64,000 bases of DNA, taken from positions 74,524,001 through 74,588,000 of the forward strand of contig NC_043000.1 in the NCBI RefSeq assembly GCF_006345805.1. Direction: 5' to 3'. Source of the stretch: Octopus sinensis (Eukaryota). Under the pieces are notes generated by a model, which was given only the letters and a program-made list of their open reading frames with translations, had not been told where the DNA came from and searched no databases. Shown in pieces: positions 47,631 through 61,224 of this stretch. The position numbers and the translations under genes were made by a program. The first letter of the stretch is position 1, and every line of letters starts with the position of its first letter.

Positions 47631-49380
47631 AAAACGGATGAGAATGAATATTATACAATAATGAAAAATGAAATGGCTGCATGGGCCCCACTCCTCATGC
47701 ATTGGAACGTTTTTACACACTGTTATTACAGTCTTGTTATTTTATCTGGTTCTTTTTCATTAATTATCATTGTTTCTTCAAAAATACATTTTCCTTTCTC
47801 CCCCCCCCCTTTTTTTTAACGCTTCATATACTGCTCCAGTTCTATCAGATCGATTACTGGTGGCAGTTCATTGAACTCCACTATCGCTATGCCTGGGTCA
47901 ATTCTATCCCTGCACTTATCTTTAAATTTTTCGTAGGCTACCTTATCGACCACCAAGTCCTTCACTCTCTCAGGGTACGTGTCTCTGGGAATTTTTACCC
48001 TTATGATGTTCTTGAACTTCACGATTTCCTTCTCCACTTCCTTGTTTTTTGAATAAGTAAAAAAATTCCACTGTTTCTTCCCTCCTCTAGGCTTTCTCCT
48101 TTCTTCCTCTCCCAATATAGGTTAACCTATACTCTTCTCTGAGGCTGGAACTTTCTTCTTCTCCATCTCCACTGTATACAGTTTCTCCATCTCACCCTCT
48201 TGTAGCTGAGTTCCTGAAACTTCTGCCAAATCATATGTCGTCCTCATCCTTGCTTCCTCCTTCTCTGGCTCATTGTCACACACCTTAATTATTTTTTCAC
48301 TTCCCTCCTCCGTCTTACTTTTATCATCTTTCTTTCTTGTTACATCTTTCCTTTCTACCTCTTCTTTCTTCTTTTTCTGGTTAGTCGGTGGTGGGCTTAC
48401 CCTACTGCTCCTCCTTCTTTTTCTTTCCACTATCGTGAAACTTTCTTCCACTGTTTTTTCACTACTCTCGACCAGCACTGCCTGTTCGACATTTTCTTGA
48501 ATCTCTCTCTGTTGTTTCTGTGGGCATCTCACCGTCATGTGTCCCTTTTCGCCACATTCAAAACACACAGGCAGTCTGCCCTCCACCTTCATTCTTAGTG
48601 AGAAACCGTCAGGCAACACTATCTCCTCGGTTATTCTATTGAGGTTTTCTACTGTTGCCTGGATTGTTAATTCCGATCCATAGCCCCAGTAGTCCAGCCT
48701 ATTTGTTCTGGTGGCCTTCAGTATTCTGGCCCCTTCATGTTATACATAATGGCTGTGTTTAGCCATGCCTCCTCCAGCTCAGGGCGCACTTGACCTACCC
48801 GAACTCTCGCCACACGTTTTCCGCAATACGATGGCAAAAGAATCCATTCATCTGAACGAATTGCCTCTGTTGCATGTCTTATTGCTTCCTCCTCCGATAT
48901 GAATCGCACATCCACAGTGGCATACCTTCTGCCTCTTGTTTTGAAGGTTATCACCTTTTTAATGCCTTCCAACACTTTTTCAATTTCCTCTACTGCTGCT
49001 ATTTCTATTTTCCTTGTAGTGACCTTCATGGTCTTGTAGGTTGCCGTTTTCTTCATTACACTGTTCGTCAGCTCTTTGGGTGTCATTAACTTTATCGTTT
49101 CACCCTCCTTCTTTATCAGCTTCTCTCAAGCTTTCATTTTCTTGGCTTCGACTTTTATTTCAAAAGTCTCTAGTGTTCTTTCCTCTGCTCCTCTTCCAGT
49201 TGCGGCTGTATAGCTGTGGCCGCCCACTGGCGCCTTCTCCATTTTCCTCAATGGGAAAATTTAACAACACAAAAATTTAACAATATTAACAATGATATCA
49301 ACGAACAGCAATAATCAACAATAATTTTAACGTTCTACTCACAAATATAACTCAGCTTCAATAACTCAACTCACTGTGAA
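47631..49380 (-). mobile_element. ORF1-only L1/Tx1-like element (HAL1-like), with point lesions
   Basis: ORF1 from ~49243 (RGRRYATVDV, CFECGEKGHMTVRC) continuing past an in-frame stop at 48122 to 47816, then ~185 bp of 3' UTR; no ORF2. Confidence 0.7.
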
Positions 49381-49682
49381 TTTGTAAAATTATAAATTGG
49401 TCACAGTATTTCTTTTATATTTTTATTTTTGTAATTGAAAAATACCAAATAAAATTTTGGATTTTTAAATTTAATTCAATTATAACTGTCCATGGTTCTT
49501 GTACTACAACCATGACTATAATCTACATCCTGTAGTGGAACCCTGGGGTCCTGGTTTCAGGGTTTGAGGAGTATGGAATCACCTCTTAGCCACTATTGTT
49601 CCCAGTTCTACTCAGGCCCAGAGTGGTAGCACCTGTAAGGATCCCAGCTATGGGTTAACTAGCAAACCCTGCTGTTGTCGCT

Positions 49683-49950
49683 GTATTTCCTTGTGGCAAC
49701 CTTCATGGTCTTGTAGGTCACCGTTTTCTTTATTACACTGTTTGTCAGCTCTTTGGGTGGCGTTAACTTTATTGTTTCACCCTCCTTCTTCAGCAGCTTC
49801 TCTCAAGCTTTCATTCTCTTGGCTTCGACTTTTATTTCAAAAGTCTCTAGTGTTCTTTCCTCTGCTCCTCTTCCAGTTGCGGCTGCATAGCTGTGGCCGC
49901 CTGCTGGCGCCTTCTCCATTTTCCTCAATGGGAAAATTTAACGACACAAA
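49683..49950 (-). mobile_element. Second fragment of the same Tx1-like ORF1 5' region
   Basis: Closely similar to 49010-49272. Confidence 0.8.
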
Positions 49951-50034
49951 GGGGCAGCGACTAAAAGGGGCAGGAGTGAGGGGGCTGGGAATCCTCTTCT
50001 CTTAGTAAATTCATACTCCTAAAAAGACATCTGT

Positions 50035-50280
50035 AACACTAACTTCAGAAAACCAGCCAATCACCTAATCACTTATCAGTCTGGTGGGAACATAAGCCAG
50101 GTTGATTACCTCCTCACCAGGTAACAAGATAGGCCGATGCTCACAAATGTGAAGTCTTTTACAAGTGAAGAGTGTACACTCCAACATAAGCTACTAGTTA
50201 GTGATTTCAGAATTAGGGCTAGAGAGACCCAGGGAAATAAACCATGCTGGAAAAAAAGAATGAGGAAGCTCAAAGACTAA
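50035..50280 (+). mobile_element. RTE-clade endonuclease fragment
   Basis: NTNFRKPANHLITYQSG...VDYLL, QHKLLV. Confidence 0.7.
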
Positions 50281-50289
50281 GTCACTAAC

Positions 50290-53200
50290 AGTGAGGTAAA
50301 GAGGAGAGAGATAGGGAATGTGATGATGAGGAGAAGGATGGATGTACTGGTACTGAGCGAGAATAAGATGAAAGGTAAAGGAGAATATCAGTTTGAGAAT
50401 ATGACTGGACAAGTGTCAGGAGTAAGAGGGGTAGGGCTTGTGAGGGAGTGGCATTGCTAGTGAGTGAGCATGTGAAGAAGATTGTGGTGGAGTGGAGGGA
50501 AATGTCTTCAAGATTAATGTGGGTTAAGGTGAGGTGGGGAAATGTGGGTATTTTTTAGTGCATATGGGAGTGAAAGGAGTGAGGAAGAAGTAGTGGAGCT
50601 CTGGAGAGAACTAACAGCGTGTGTGGATAGGGTAGGGAAAAGTGGTTATGTGGTGGTGTTGGGTGATTTGAATGCAGTGGGAAATGAGGAAGTAGAAAAT
50701 GTAGTAGAAAAATATGGAGTTCCTGGTTGGAATGAGAGTGGAAGGAGGTTGTTGGGAATGTATATGGAGCAGGAGTTGGTGGTGAGAAATAGCCTTTTTA
50801 AAATGTTGGAGAAGAATAAGTTCACATGGTGGAGGGTGGAGGGAGGAGCAGTAGTTGATAGGGCCTGGATGGATTATATATTAATTGGTAAGAGAGTGGT
50901 AGGAAGGTTGGTGGATGTGCAAGTAATTAGAGGTGAAGGTGAAGGAGTGTCAGATCACTTCTTAGTGCAGAGTATGCTGACAGTATGCTGAAATTGGAAT
51001 GCTAGATGAGTGAAAGGGAGGAGAGAGGTTGTGAAGGTGAGTGAACTGGATAGGAGAGAAAGGAGCAGGAGTATGCAGAGAAACTGAGAAGTGAGTATGA
51101 ACAGGTTACGAAACGGGAGGTAGGAGATGTGGAGGAGGAGTGGGAGGCTTTTAGAGATGCAGTAATGAGATGTGCATCTGAGGTAAGTGGCTGAAATGGG
51201 TGTGAGGAAGGGTAGTAAGTGGGGGAATGAGCAGGTAAGGGATGTGGTAGCAGAGAACAAAAGGGCCTTTAAAGAGTTGTTGCAAAAAAGGGGATGGAGA
51301 GGCTTATGATTGCTACAGAGAAGGGAAGAGGGGAGGAAAGAAAGTGCTGAGGGTTATGAAATGGGAGGTGAGGGAAAGGTTCAGGAAAAAGTTAAGTGAA
51401 AATTTTATAAGAAATAAAAAAATGTTTTGGAAAGAGGTACAGAGGAAGGGAAGAAAGGGTAAAGGATGTAAATAGAAATTTGTTGAAAGGGAGTGAGGTA
51501 TTTTAGTGGGCTGTTAAACATGGAGGATGTTAGGGAGGCAAGTATAGTGGCTGTAGGAGGAGAGGAGGAGAATGCCTGTTGTTGGGGAATGGACCTGCAG
51601 TACAGTTGGAAGAGAAGGGGTGAGGGAATCCTTGTGGAAGATGGCAAACTGGAAGGTGCCAGATATAGATGGGTGTACAGTGGAATGCCTAAAAAAAGGA
51701 AGAGTGACAGTGATTGAACGGTTAGTGAAGCTCATGAATATTTGTTATATGGTTAGAAGAGTACTGAAGGACTGGTGCAGTGTCTATGTAGTGCTACTGT
51801 GCAAGGGGAAAGGGGATAAATATGAGTGTGGAAATTTTAGGGGTATAAGTCTGTTGTGTGTGGTTAGTAAACTATATGCGAGAATTCTGATTGTTAGGGT
51901 TAGGAACCAGAGAGAGAGAGTACTAGGAGAGGAGCAGTGTGGTTTTATGAGAGGAAGGGTGTATGCAGATTAAATATTTGTAGTAAGGCAGATGTGTGAG
52001 AAGTTTTTGGCAAAAGGGAGGGAGGTGTATTAGGCCTTTATGGACCTAGAGAAGGCATATGACCATGTGGATAGGGATGCAATGTGACAGGTGTTGCAGT
52101 TGTATGGAGTAGATGGTAGATTGTTGAAAGCTGTTCAGAGTTTTTGTAGAGAAAGTAGGACATGTGTTAGGGTGGGTGGGGAAGTAAGTGAGTAGCTTGA
52201 TGTGAAGGTGGGGTTAAGATAGGGTTGTGTGATATCTCAGTGGTGTTTAATTTATATATAGATAGTGTGGTGGGGGAGTCCAAATGGTGGTAGCAAATGG
52301 AAAGAAAGAGCAGGTGAGTCAGTTGTTTGCTGATGATACAGCACTGGTCACAGATCCGGAAGAGCAACTGAGGGTCTCCTCAGTTGATAGAATTTGGTAG
52401 AGTGTGTGAGAGGAGGAAACTGAAAGTGAATGTAGCTAAAAGTAAGGTGAGAAGATGTTTGAGAGATGGAACGACTGGTAGGATGGATGTGAGTATAAAT
52501 AGTTAGATGTTAGAAGAGGTGAGTGTTTTTAAGCATCTGGGATCACATGTGATGGCGGATGAGGGGTTAGCTGAGGAGGTGGGATATAGAATGAAGGAGG
52601 AGAGTAAGATACTTGGAGTTGTGAAAGGTATGCTGAGAGATAAAAGGTTGAGTATGAAAGTGAAAAGAAGGGTGTATGAGGACGTGATTGTGTTGACAAT
52701 GTTATATGGTGCAAAGACATGGGGGTTGAGAGAGCCGGAAAGGAGGTGACTAGATGTGTTTGGGATGAGATGTCTGAGGGCTATGGAGGAATCAGGAGAT
52801 GCGAAGGTGAGTAGGAATGAGAGAAAAACTAGCAACCAAAATGGATAGAAAATGTTGAGGTGGTTTGGCCACATAGAGAGGATGGATGAAGAGGAGATGG
52901 TAAGGAGGGTGATGAAGACAGAAGTGGTAGGCAGCAGAACCAGAGGCAGACCTCGGTTTGTATGGATGGATGAAGTGAGGAAAGCTTTGGTGGTTAGAGG
53001 TGTTGGAATTAGAGAAGCAAGAGAGTTTATAAATGTAGAGTGTTTGTGAATGGATGAGTGAATTTGATATTGCTCAAAGGAGTGCAGAACCAGCATGATG
53101 CTGCGGTGGTAAACCAGCATATGCTGTCAAGCCCCGCTACTGATATTAGGGGTTGTGTTCTATGCCTTGACCCAAACATAGAACGGGGGTCAACTCTATG
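50290..53200 (+). mobile_element. Near-full-length decayed RTE-clade LINE of a second, purine-rich family
   Basis: VLGDLNA, NESGRRLL, MDYIL, YECGNFRGISLL, EEQCGFMRGR, FMDLEKAYD, LFADD, MLYGAKTW, LRWFGHIERM; 8-bp 3' hairpin 53157-53184. Confidence 0.88.
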
Positions 53201-53224
53201 AGCTAAGAAATGAATGGATTACCC

Positions 53225-53780
53225 ACTCCTAAAAAACAGAGAATAGGCCTAGGCATATATAAAAAAAAGTGTTGCAGATCATGAGATCATTTGCATCACA
53301 GAACTCCAGTAGCCTTGTTCCCTCCTCATTCCTGGGGTCAAAGCCATAACCACCATGCACGCCATGAAACCCATGGGAATACTGCCCAACATGTCCATTA
53401 AAGTTGCCAACCACAATAACTAAATCTCTAGTTGAGGTAGTCTGCAGAAGGACCTTGTAGAATTAGTCCTTCTGATTATCAGCCAGCCCAGCCTGTACAG
53501 CATAGACAGAGATAAATGTAGCTGTTAATCTATCTTTGATAAGTTTCAACTTAATAACTCTGACTACCTCAGTTACTTTATCTACCCACTTTTCTACTAA
53601 GTGTATACCCATACCAGCCACTCCATCACTCCTGCCTACATAGAAGAATCTAAACCTCTGTTTCTTACCCATGAAGAATCTAGCAGAAGTCTCTTTCCAT
53701 CTCATATTTTGCACACCAAACACATTGATATGGCAATGCTCTAACATTTCAATAATTTCTCCACTTCTTTCTTTCATTGT
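53225..53780 (-). mobile_element. RTE-clade endonuclease fragment
   Basis: ORFs 53463..53777 and 53229..53414 (GNFNGHVG, NEEGTRLLEFC). Confidence 0.8.
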
Positions 53781-54014
53781 ACTGACATTGATGGTAGTGG
53801 CCTTGAGATTGAGTACATGGAAGGGACAATGGGAAGGTAGTTGATGTGGGGCTTTTGAAAAGAAGATGTGTGTTAATGCCTGCTAGGTAGTGTTGAACCT
53901 TGGTACATTGTGTATTCAAGTCAATGAAGTACAATTTCCTCATCCCCATACATCATCCAAATTAAGGGTCAGAAAAGAGATGGGTAAAAAGGGCATAAAA
54001 GTAGTCTTATATGT

Positions 54015-54144
54015 CTGGCAAGCTGGCAGAATTGTTAGCATGCCAGGCAAAATGCTTAGCAGTATTTTGTCTGCCATTACATTCTGAGTTCAAATTCCGC
54101 TTGTTTGTCCCCTCTGTGTTTAGCCCCCTGTGGGCAATAATGAA

Positions 54145-54145
<1 letters not shown>
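54015..54145 (+). mobile_element. tRNA-derived SINE, internally deleted
   Basis: agctggcagaattgttagc head and tttgtcccctctgtgtttagcccc tail. Confidence 0.7.
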
Positions 54146-54187
<42 letters not shown>

Positions 54188-55368
54188 TACACCTTATTAA
54201 TTTTATATGTTTTTATATACATACATCATATATGTCTACATATACAGATACTACACAGCATGGTATGAATCTTACATATTCATACAAACACACACACACA
54301 GAGTTCAATTTACAGAAAACAAAAGACAAAGACAGGTGTGGGAACAACAAGCAGGTGTATAAGTTTAAAGTTCGGGAAGAATGGAAAAGCTTTTTACATT
54401 TCAAGCCTATGCTCTTTGACAGAAAGGATTAAGAGGAAAAAAACAGAGAGAGAAGGAAAAATATAGAGAGAGAGAAAAAATGTGTATTTGCTCATTTTTT
54501 TTTAATATGAAACCCAGTTCAAAAGAGAATACAGTTCCAATAACCCTTTTCTGAAGAAACCCAGAAAGAAAACCTGTAGAACAATGACTAAACAACCAAT
54601 TAATCAAACAATTAAAAAAACCAATTAATCTAAAAGAACACAACTTTCCAGAAATGAGAAACACTCCAGGGAATACATTTAACTCTTAACTCAAACCATA
54701 TAATTACAACCAATATGCTCAGACAGCAAAAACCAGCCTCCTCACAATTCAAATATAATTAGTAACACTGATAATTCACAACAATGTAATTAAAACAAAC
54801 GTTTTTAGACCTAGTCCAGAGGAACAGGGTCATACATTGAAACAAAACATACAGGAAAATCCCAAGTAATAAACTTAGCAAAGAAAACTTTCTTAACAAA
54901 AATCAACATGCTAGAGAAAGGACTAATGAAATTGAAGACAATATTACAGAATTTTGCCAACAATTGTGACTTACAGAAGCACTACTTGATTATAATAATG
55001 ATGACGAATCACTGGTCAAAAACGAAAGCAATTATTTTATTCTGTTTAGGGAGAGTCATTCTCTTTTAGTGCCTTATTATTTAACACACTCACTGGTTCG
55101 ATTTCCACTAATTTAGTAACTTATTTTTTCTAAAATTTTTGTTGCATCTTGCAACCTTTTCAATAGTCATTGACTCTGTCCATTATCAGAGCTGCATTCT
55201 TTTTATTTGTTTGTTTGTGTGCATGTGTATACGTATATGTATGTGTATATGTATGCATGCATGTATGTATGTATGTGTATGCATGTATATGTGTGTGTGT
55301 GCATATATATGTATGTGTATGTTTGTATGTATGTATGTAGTCTGCATATTCATGTGCTTGTGTGTTCA

Positions 55369-55410
<42 letters not shown>

Positions 55411-55740
55411 TATATGTGTGTGTGTAGATCATGAGATCATTTGCATCACAGAACTTGTGTGTAGTTGGGTGTGTACCTCTGTCTCCTTGTGTGTGCATGT
55501 TTGAATGTGTCGATTTGTATGGGTTTGTGTGACGATGTACATGCGTCTGTAATGTATGGATGTGTGTCTCCATACATGTCTTTGTGTGTGTGAAGTGTGC
55601 ATATGAAGTGTATATGGTCATGTTTTCAGTCTTCATTTGTGTATGTATGTGTGTATGTGTATGTGCTTGTCTGTCCGTGTTACTTATGTGTCTGTCTATC
55701 TATTTATCTATCTGTTTACTTATATATCCATTTACCTACA

Positions 55741-55782
<42 letters not shown>

Positions 55783-55799
55783 TACATAACAGCTTACTA

Positions 55800-57290
55800 A
55801 CAATTCTGCCTGTGTATATTTAAACTGTGGGTATTGGGGTATGACTACCGTCTAAAAATATTTTCTATTTAGTACTGGGGATGTTTCATTTATGAGGATG
55901 TACCCCTGTATTCGTCTGAGTGTTGGGTCCTTCGGGTACTTTGATAAAATGTGGATGTCAAGTTGACCCAGTGTGCCTCCATGTTGGTCTTTGGCATGTT
56001 GATAAAGTATGGAAGACTGTTTTCGCCATCATGTTGTCTCTCTGCAATGCTTCTAGATGTCTATCATATTCTTGTCTTTACAAGCCCCCTCTATGCACCT
56101 TATGCTGTAGACTACATTTCTAGTTTTACAGTTAATGCCAGGGTTAATCTTATATACCTATTTCTTTATTACCCACAAGGGGCTAAACATAGAGGGGACA
56201 AACAAGGACAGACATAGGTATTAAGTCGATCACATCGACCCCAGTACGTAACTGGTACTTTAATTTATCGACCCCGAAAGGATGAAAGGCAAAGTCGACC
56301 TCGGCGAAATTTGAACTCAGAACGTAACGGCAGACGAAATACCGCTAAGCATTTCGCCCGGCGTGCTAACGTTTCTGCCAGCTCGCCGCCTTATATACCA
56401 TCTTATATACCATGCAGTTGTCATTGGTGCATGTAGCATTCTCAAAGGGGTATGTCCTATATAGTTGTGATCTGATGGAGCTCCCTGGCTTTTCAATGAT
56501 CTTAATGTTGAGCCTGGCCTCCTTCAGAGCTTTCCAAAATCTTCAGGCTAGTTCTCCATGGGCTGTGGCCACTACAAACATCACTCCTGAATATTTTTCA
56601 CCGTTTCCTTTGTCACAAACTCTTTGTATCCTATTCCAGTCTTTACTTTTATATCTAGGGCAAGTACCATTTGTTTCATTATATATAATGCTAGTTAACT
56701 TCTACCTAGCTCCCCTGTATACCCCAAACCTTTCTTTCTGATCATATCCAGAGAATTGCATGCAGTGCATGAAGTTCTGTACATGTTTCTTTATTTCATA
56801 GGGTTTGCATAGTGGGGACACTTTGTTCATTATCCTAAGTCTGCTATCAGTATGTTGATTTTCATGTTGTGTGACAAAGCCGAGTTCTTGTGAATAACAT
56901 ATTTAGAAGCTATGGGTTTCATGAAATAGGAGTGGAAGAGCTTCTCTCTGTTGATCACAGTCTCTAACCAAAGTTCAGTATCAAGGACAGGAGTCTCTTG
57001 TTAGGGTGTCTAGTGAAGTAATCTATAGTTACCTTGATACTTTGGTGGATTGAGTTAGCTATGTGCTGGATGCTCTCCATTATGCTCCTCTCGGTTTCTA
57101 CATTACAGTTACAAGAGTTTGTCCTCACTAGAATATTAATGTCATCTACATACTTACAGTAAAGCAAAACAGTTGTGGATTGTTCCGCTAAGGATTGTTT
57201 AAGTTTTCTGTCCCACCAGGTCATGAAGAATCTGGCCACATCTCCAGCCGATGCCAATGGCTGCACCTTGAACCTGCATGTATAGTTTCT
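55800..57290 (-). mobile_element. Penelope-like element (RT YVDD and GIY-YIG remnant) with SINE insertion
   Basis: FMTWWDR..LYCKYVDDINI; KPIASKYVIH.NSA; VYSIRC; SSILYQH. Confidence 0.75.
56160..56390 (-). mobile_element. tRNA-derived SINE
   Basis: ggcggcgagctggcagaaacg head, gagttcaaat B-box-like motif; a second copy lies at 57785-58015. Confidence 0.85.
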
Positions 57291-57784
57291 TGTTAAACTT
57301 TACTATGTGGTTCTTCAAAATAACTAAATGAGTGAAAATCGAACTGGTGAGTGTGTTAAATAATAAGGCACTAAAAGAGAATGACTCTCCCCGGACACAA
57401 TAAAATATGCTTCAACACATGAGTTCTCATAAAGAATCTTGCAAACCAAATGCAAAAACGAAAAGCAATTATATTCCACCTAAAACACTTGATGACTTTT
57501 GCGACCATAGTCTGAATTTCCTGAATAATACTATACATAGATAAAAAATATACTCAAACCTCCACAATACTGAATAGAATATACTGTGGTACATAGACCA
57601 ACATACTGGAAGGTTCAGAATTCTACTTCAAAGAAGGACAGCAATTCATTATTAAGACAGGATTTATTTGTGCATCCAAAAATTTAATATGTGTGATATC
57701 TTGTTCAGGATGTGAATACAACTATATAGGTCAAACAGAGAATAACACTGCATAAGGAACATAGCTATTTCCCAAGACAAACAC

Positions 57785-58015
57785 CTATTTCTTTATTACC
57801 CACAAGGGGCTAAACATAGAGGGACAAACAAGGACAGACATAGGTATTAAGTCGATTACATCGACCCCAGTGCATAACTGGTACTTAATTTATCGACCCC
57901 GAAAGGATGAAAGACAAAGTCAACCTCAGCGGAATTCGAACTCACAACGTAATGTCAAACGAAATACCGCTAAGCATTTCGCCCGACGTGCTAACGTTTC
58001 TGCCAGCTCGCCACT
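57785..58015 (-). mobile_element. tRNA-derived SINE
   Basis: Same family as 56160-56390. Confidence 0.85.
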
Positions 58016-58134
58016 GGTATAGACAAATACCATTAAGCAAACATAGAAAGATGTGTGGGGCATCACCAACCAAACTTCACTGTTTTTTCCTGTTTATCAA
58101 TGTAAAGAAACAATTTCTATACAACAATGATTAA

Positions 58135-58855
58135 ACAAAATTGTTCAGACTTTAAATTTTTCTAAAAAAAATTATCACTTTGCAGAAAAAGTTTTAATAA
58201 AATGTTAAGCCTTCAAAAGTTAGAAACAACAATTGAAAAAAAAAACAAACTTTAATTGGCATTTTGTCACACTTTTTGAAAAAAATAATAGTTTTAATAA
58301 TAAACTCTTCCTCTTCTTTCTTTTCCTTTTCTCTCTGCCATTCCATTTTTCAATCCTTTCTCTTCATCTGGGTCATCATCCTTCTTCCCAAATCTATCTT
58401 GCTTTCATGCTTCTTCTCTGTCTCTTCTTTTCCTTTTCTCTTCTTCATTCTAGCATTCAACTCCTTCCATCTTTCCTCATCCAATAGCTCATTATCCTTC
58501 TTCCTGGACCTATCTTTGTTTCATGTTACTCTTCTCCTCTCCTCCATTCCATTATTTGTCTCCTTCCGTCCTTAATCTCCCATCAAATTTTTCTACTTGT
58601 GCTTCTAAAAAAAATGATATACTTAATCTTCATTTGTTAATAAAAGGGATTGAAGTGGTGGTATTCCCCACCACCTTAAAAATAGGATTTGTTTGCTAAT
58701 GAGATGAGCATTTCAAAAAGTGCAACAAAATGCCAATTAAGTTTTTTTTATTTTTTCGATTCTAGTTTCTAACTTTTGCAAACTCAACATTTTATTAAAA
58801 CTTTTTTTGTAAAACAATTTTCTTTAGAAAAATTTAAAGCTTGAAAATTTTGTTG
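58135..58855. repeat. Old MITE-like inverted repeat (58135-58285 / 58700-58855)
   Basis: ctttaattggcattttgt versus acaaaatgccaattaag, with degenerate extensions. Confidence 0.6.
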
Positions 58856-59259
58856 AACCCTTTCTCTGTAAAACAGGAATTTTTTTCTATTTGAATTTTT
58901 TGTTTTTTAAGATTATATTATGTCATTTATTATTTAGATTACCATCATTAGCCCAATTTCTGGTTCACCCCTATATCACATAGAGGTGGTTGTTGGTTTT
59001 TATGGGGGAAAGGCCACCACTGATTTTTAATTTTTATTTCATAATTATCATTTAGGCCTGTTATTTCATTTCAATTACATTTAAAAAAAAAAAAAGCCAT
59101 AATGTTCATCATTTTGGAAGGAAAATTGGCATTGTAAGAAGTGATTTTAGTATCACTAATAGTATTCCATTTGTCAGCATAATTTTTCACAATGCAAGTA
59201 TAATGCTCAAAAGCTCTAAACGTGCTTGACCACTATATTCGTTTAACTTGAGTATAATA

Positions 59260-60910
59260 TCATCATCATCATCATCGTTTAGCGTCCGTTTTCCATGCTA
59301 GCACAGGTTGGACGGTTTGACCGGGGTCTGGAAAGCCAGGAGGCTGCACCAGGCTCTAGTCTGGTGTTTCTACAGCTGGATGCCCTTCCTAATGCCAACC
59401 ACTCCAAGAGTGTAGTGAGTGCTTTTTACGTGCCACCGGCACAGGTGTCAGGGGACGCTGGCAGTGGCCACAATCGGTTGGTGCTTTTTACATGCCACCG
59501 GCACGGAAACCAGTCAAGGCAGCACTGGCATTGGCCACGTTTGGATGGTGCTTTTTACGAGCCACCAGCACAGATATCACAACTACAATTCCCATTTGAT
59601 TTTTATTTTGATGTTGATGTACTTTACTCAATAGGTCTCCTCAAGCACAGCAGGTCGTTCTGCGATCTAAGGTACTAAGGATGGGCTGGGGCTGCTATAC
59701 GAAACTGGTGCAGGAAGCAGCCATGAACTCACGTTATTTGTCAGATCCTCGCAGTCACAGCATATCCTCAGAGATCTCGGTCTTTCGTCATTGCCTCTGT
59801 GAGAGCCAACGTTCGAAAGTCATGCTTGACCACCTCATCCCATGTCTTCCTGGGTCTATCTCTACCCCGGATTCCTTCAACTGTTTGGGAGTGGCACTTC
59901 TTCACACATCTCTTCTCATCCATCAGTTGTACATGACCATACCAGCGCAGACGAATCTCTTGCATGCCATATCCAATGCTTCTTATGTCCAGCATTTCTC
60001 TCAGGGCACTTACACTCTGTCGTGTGTGCACACTGACATCACACATCCAGCAGATCATGCTAGCTTCATTTCTTTCAAGCCTACGCATGTCCTCTGCAGT
60101 CACAGCCCATGTTTCACTACCGTGAAGCATGGCAGTTCACACACATGCGTCGTACAATCTACCTTTCACTCTGAGCAAGAGACCCTTTGTTACCAGTAGG
60201 GGTAGAAGCTTTCTAAACTTTGCCCAGGCTATTCTTATTCTCTGAGCATCCACCTCCACTAATAACTTGGTCACCTAGGTAACGGAAACTATCAACTACT
60301 TCTAGTTTCTCCCCCTGGAGTGTGATGGAATCTGTTTTCTGAGTATCTGTGGTATCTATTGCCCCTGTGCATCCACCACATACGAAAGCTATCTTCTCAG
60401 TTAATTTTCCTTTGATATTGCTGCACCTCTTATGCATCCGTAGCTTACACTGGGTACATCTACCTACATCTTTTCTACAGATCGAGTAGGGCCACCTACT
60501 TGAGGGAGTGTGTGATGAGTTCGCCTTCCTACTTACTATAACTTTGGTCTTTGCTACATTGACTCTAAGCCTTTTGATTCTAAACCTAGCTTCCACACCC
60601 GAAATTTCTTTTCTAGTTCTGGTAGTGATTCTGCTATGAGGGCCAGGTCATCAGCATAGAGGAGCTCCCAGGGGCAACCTGTCTTGAATTCCTCTGTTAT
60701 TACCTGGAGGACTATGATGAACAGAAGGGGACTGGGGGCTGAGCCTTGGTGAACCCCTACTTCTACCCGTAATTCTCCACTATACTCATTGCCAATTCTG
60801 ACCTTACTAACAGCCTCTCTGTATAGGGCATGTACATCCCTTATCAACCATTCGTCAATCTCCAGTTTCCACATTGCCCACCAGATAAGGGATCGGGGTA
60901 CCCTGTCAAA
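59260..60910 (-). mobile_element. 5'-truncated RTE-clade LINE
   Basis: HQGS..SPLLF, WELLYADD, MLHGSETW, RLRWYGHV; (GAT)n tail at 59260. Confidence 0.9.
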
Positions 60911-61224
60911 TATGTGTTATATAAATATATATGTTACTTTATACATAAAACATATCTGATTATTTAGCCCCTGATCACTCCTGAGCTAGCAGACACTACA
61001 ATCAAAGTTGTTTCAGCATGACCAGCCATTATGTATTTCTGATACAGTACATGTAGAAATACATCATCAAATGCATCTTTTCTAAGAGACAGTAGGTGGT
61101 GATTTGAGGGCAATCTGGTTGCAATTTCTAACAGGTCAATGACCATGTTGTCTCAATAACTCCTGTACCACTCTCTGTCTATGTTATTCAGGTTACCCTT
61201 GGACCCACTGAAAAGGTAGAAAAG

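Larger units (their letters stand above)
54860..57780 (+). mobile_element. Interrupted Penelope-like remnant (N-terminal piece 54860-55030; continuation and GIY-YIG piece 57455-57780)
   Basis: VINL..MLEKGL, EFCQQL, KNES/NYIPPK, ICVISCSGCEYNYIGQT; bracketed by an inverted repeat at ~55030-55135 / ~57310-57410. Confidence 0.55.
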
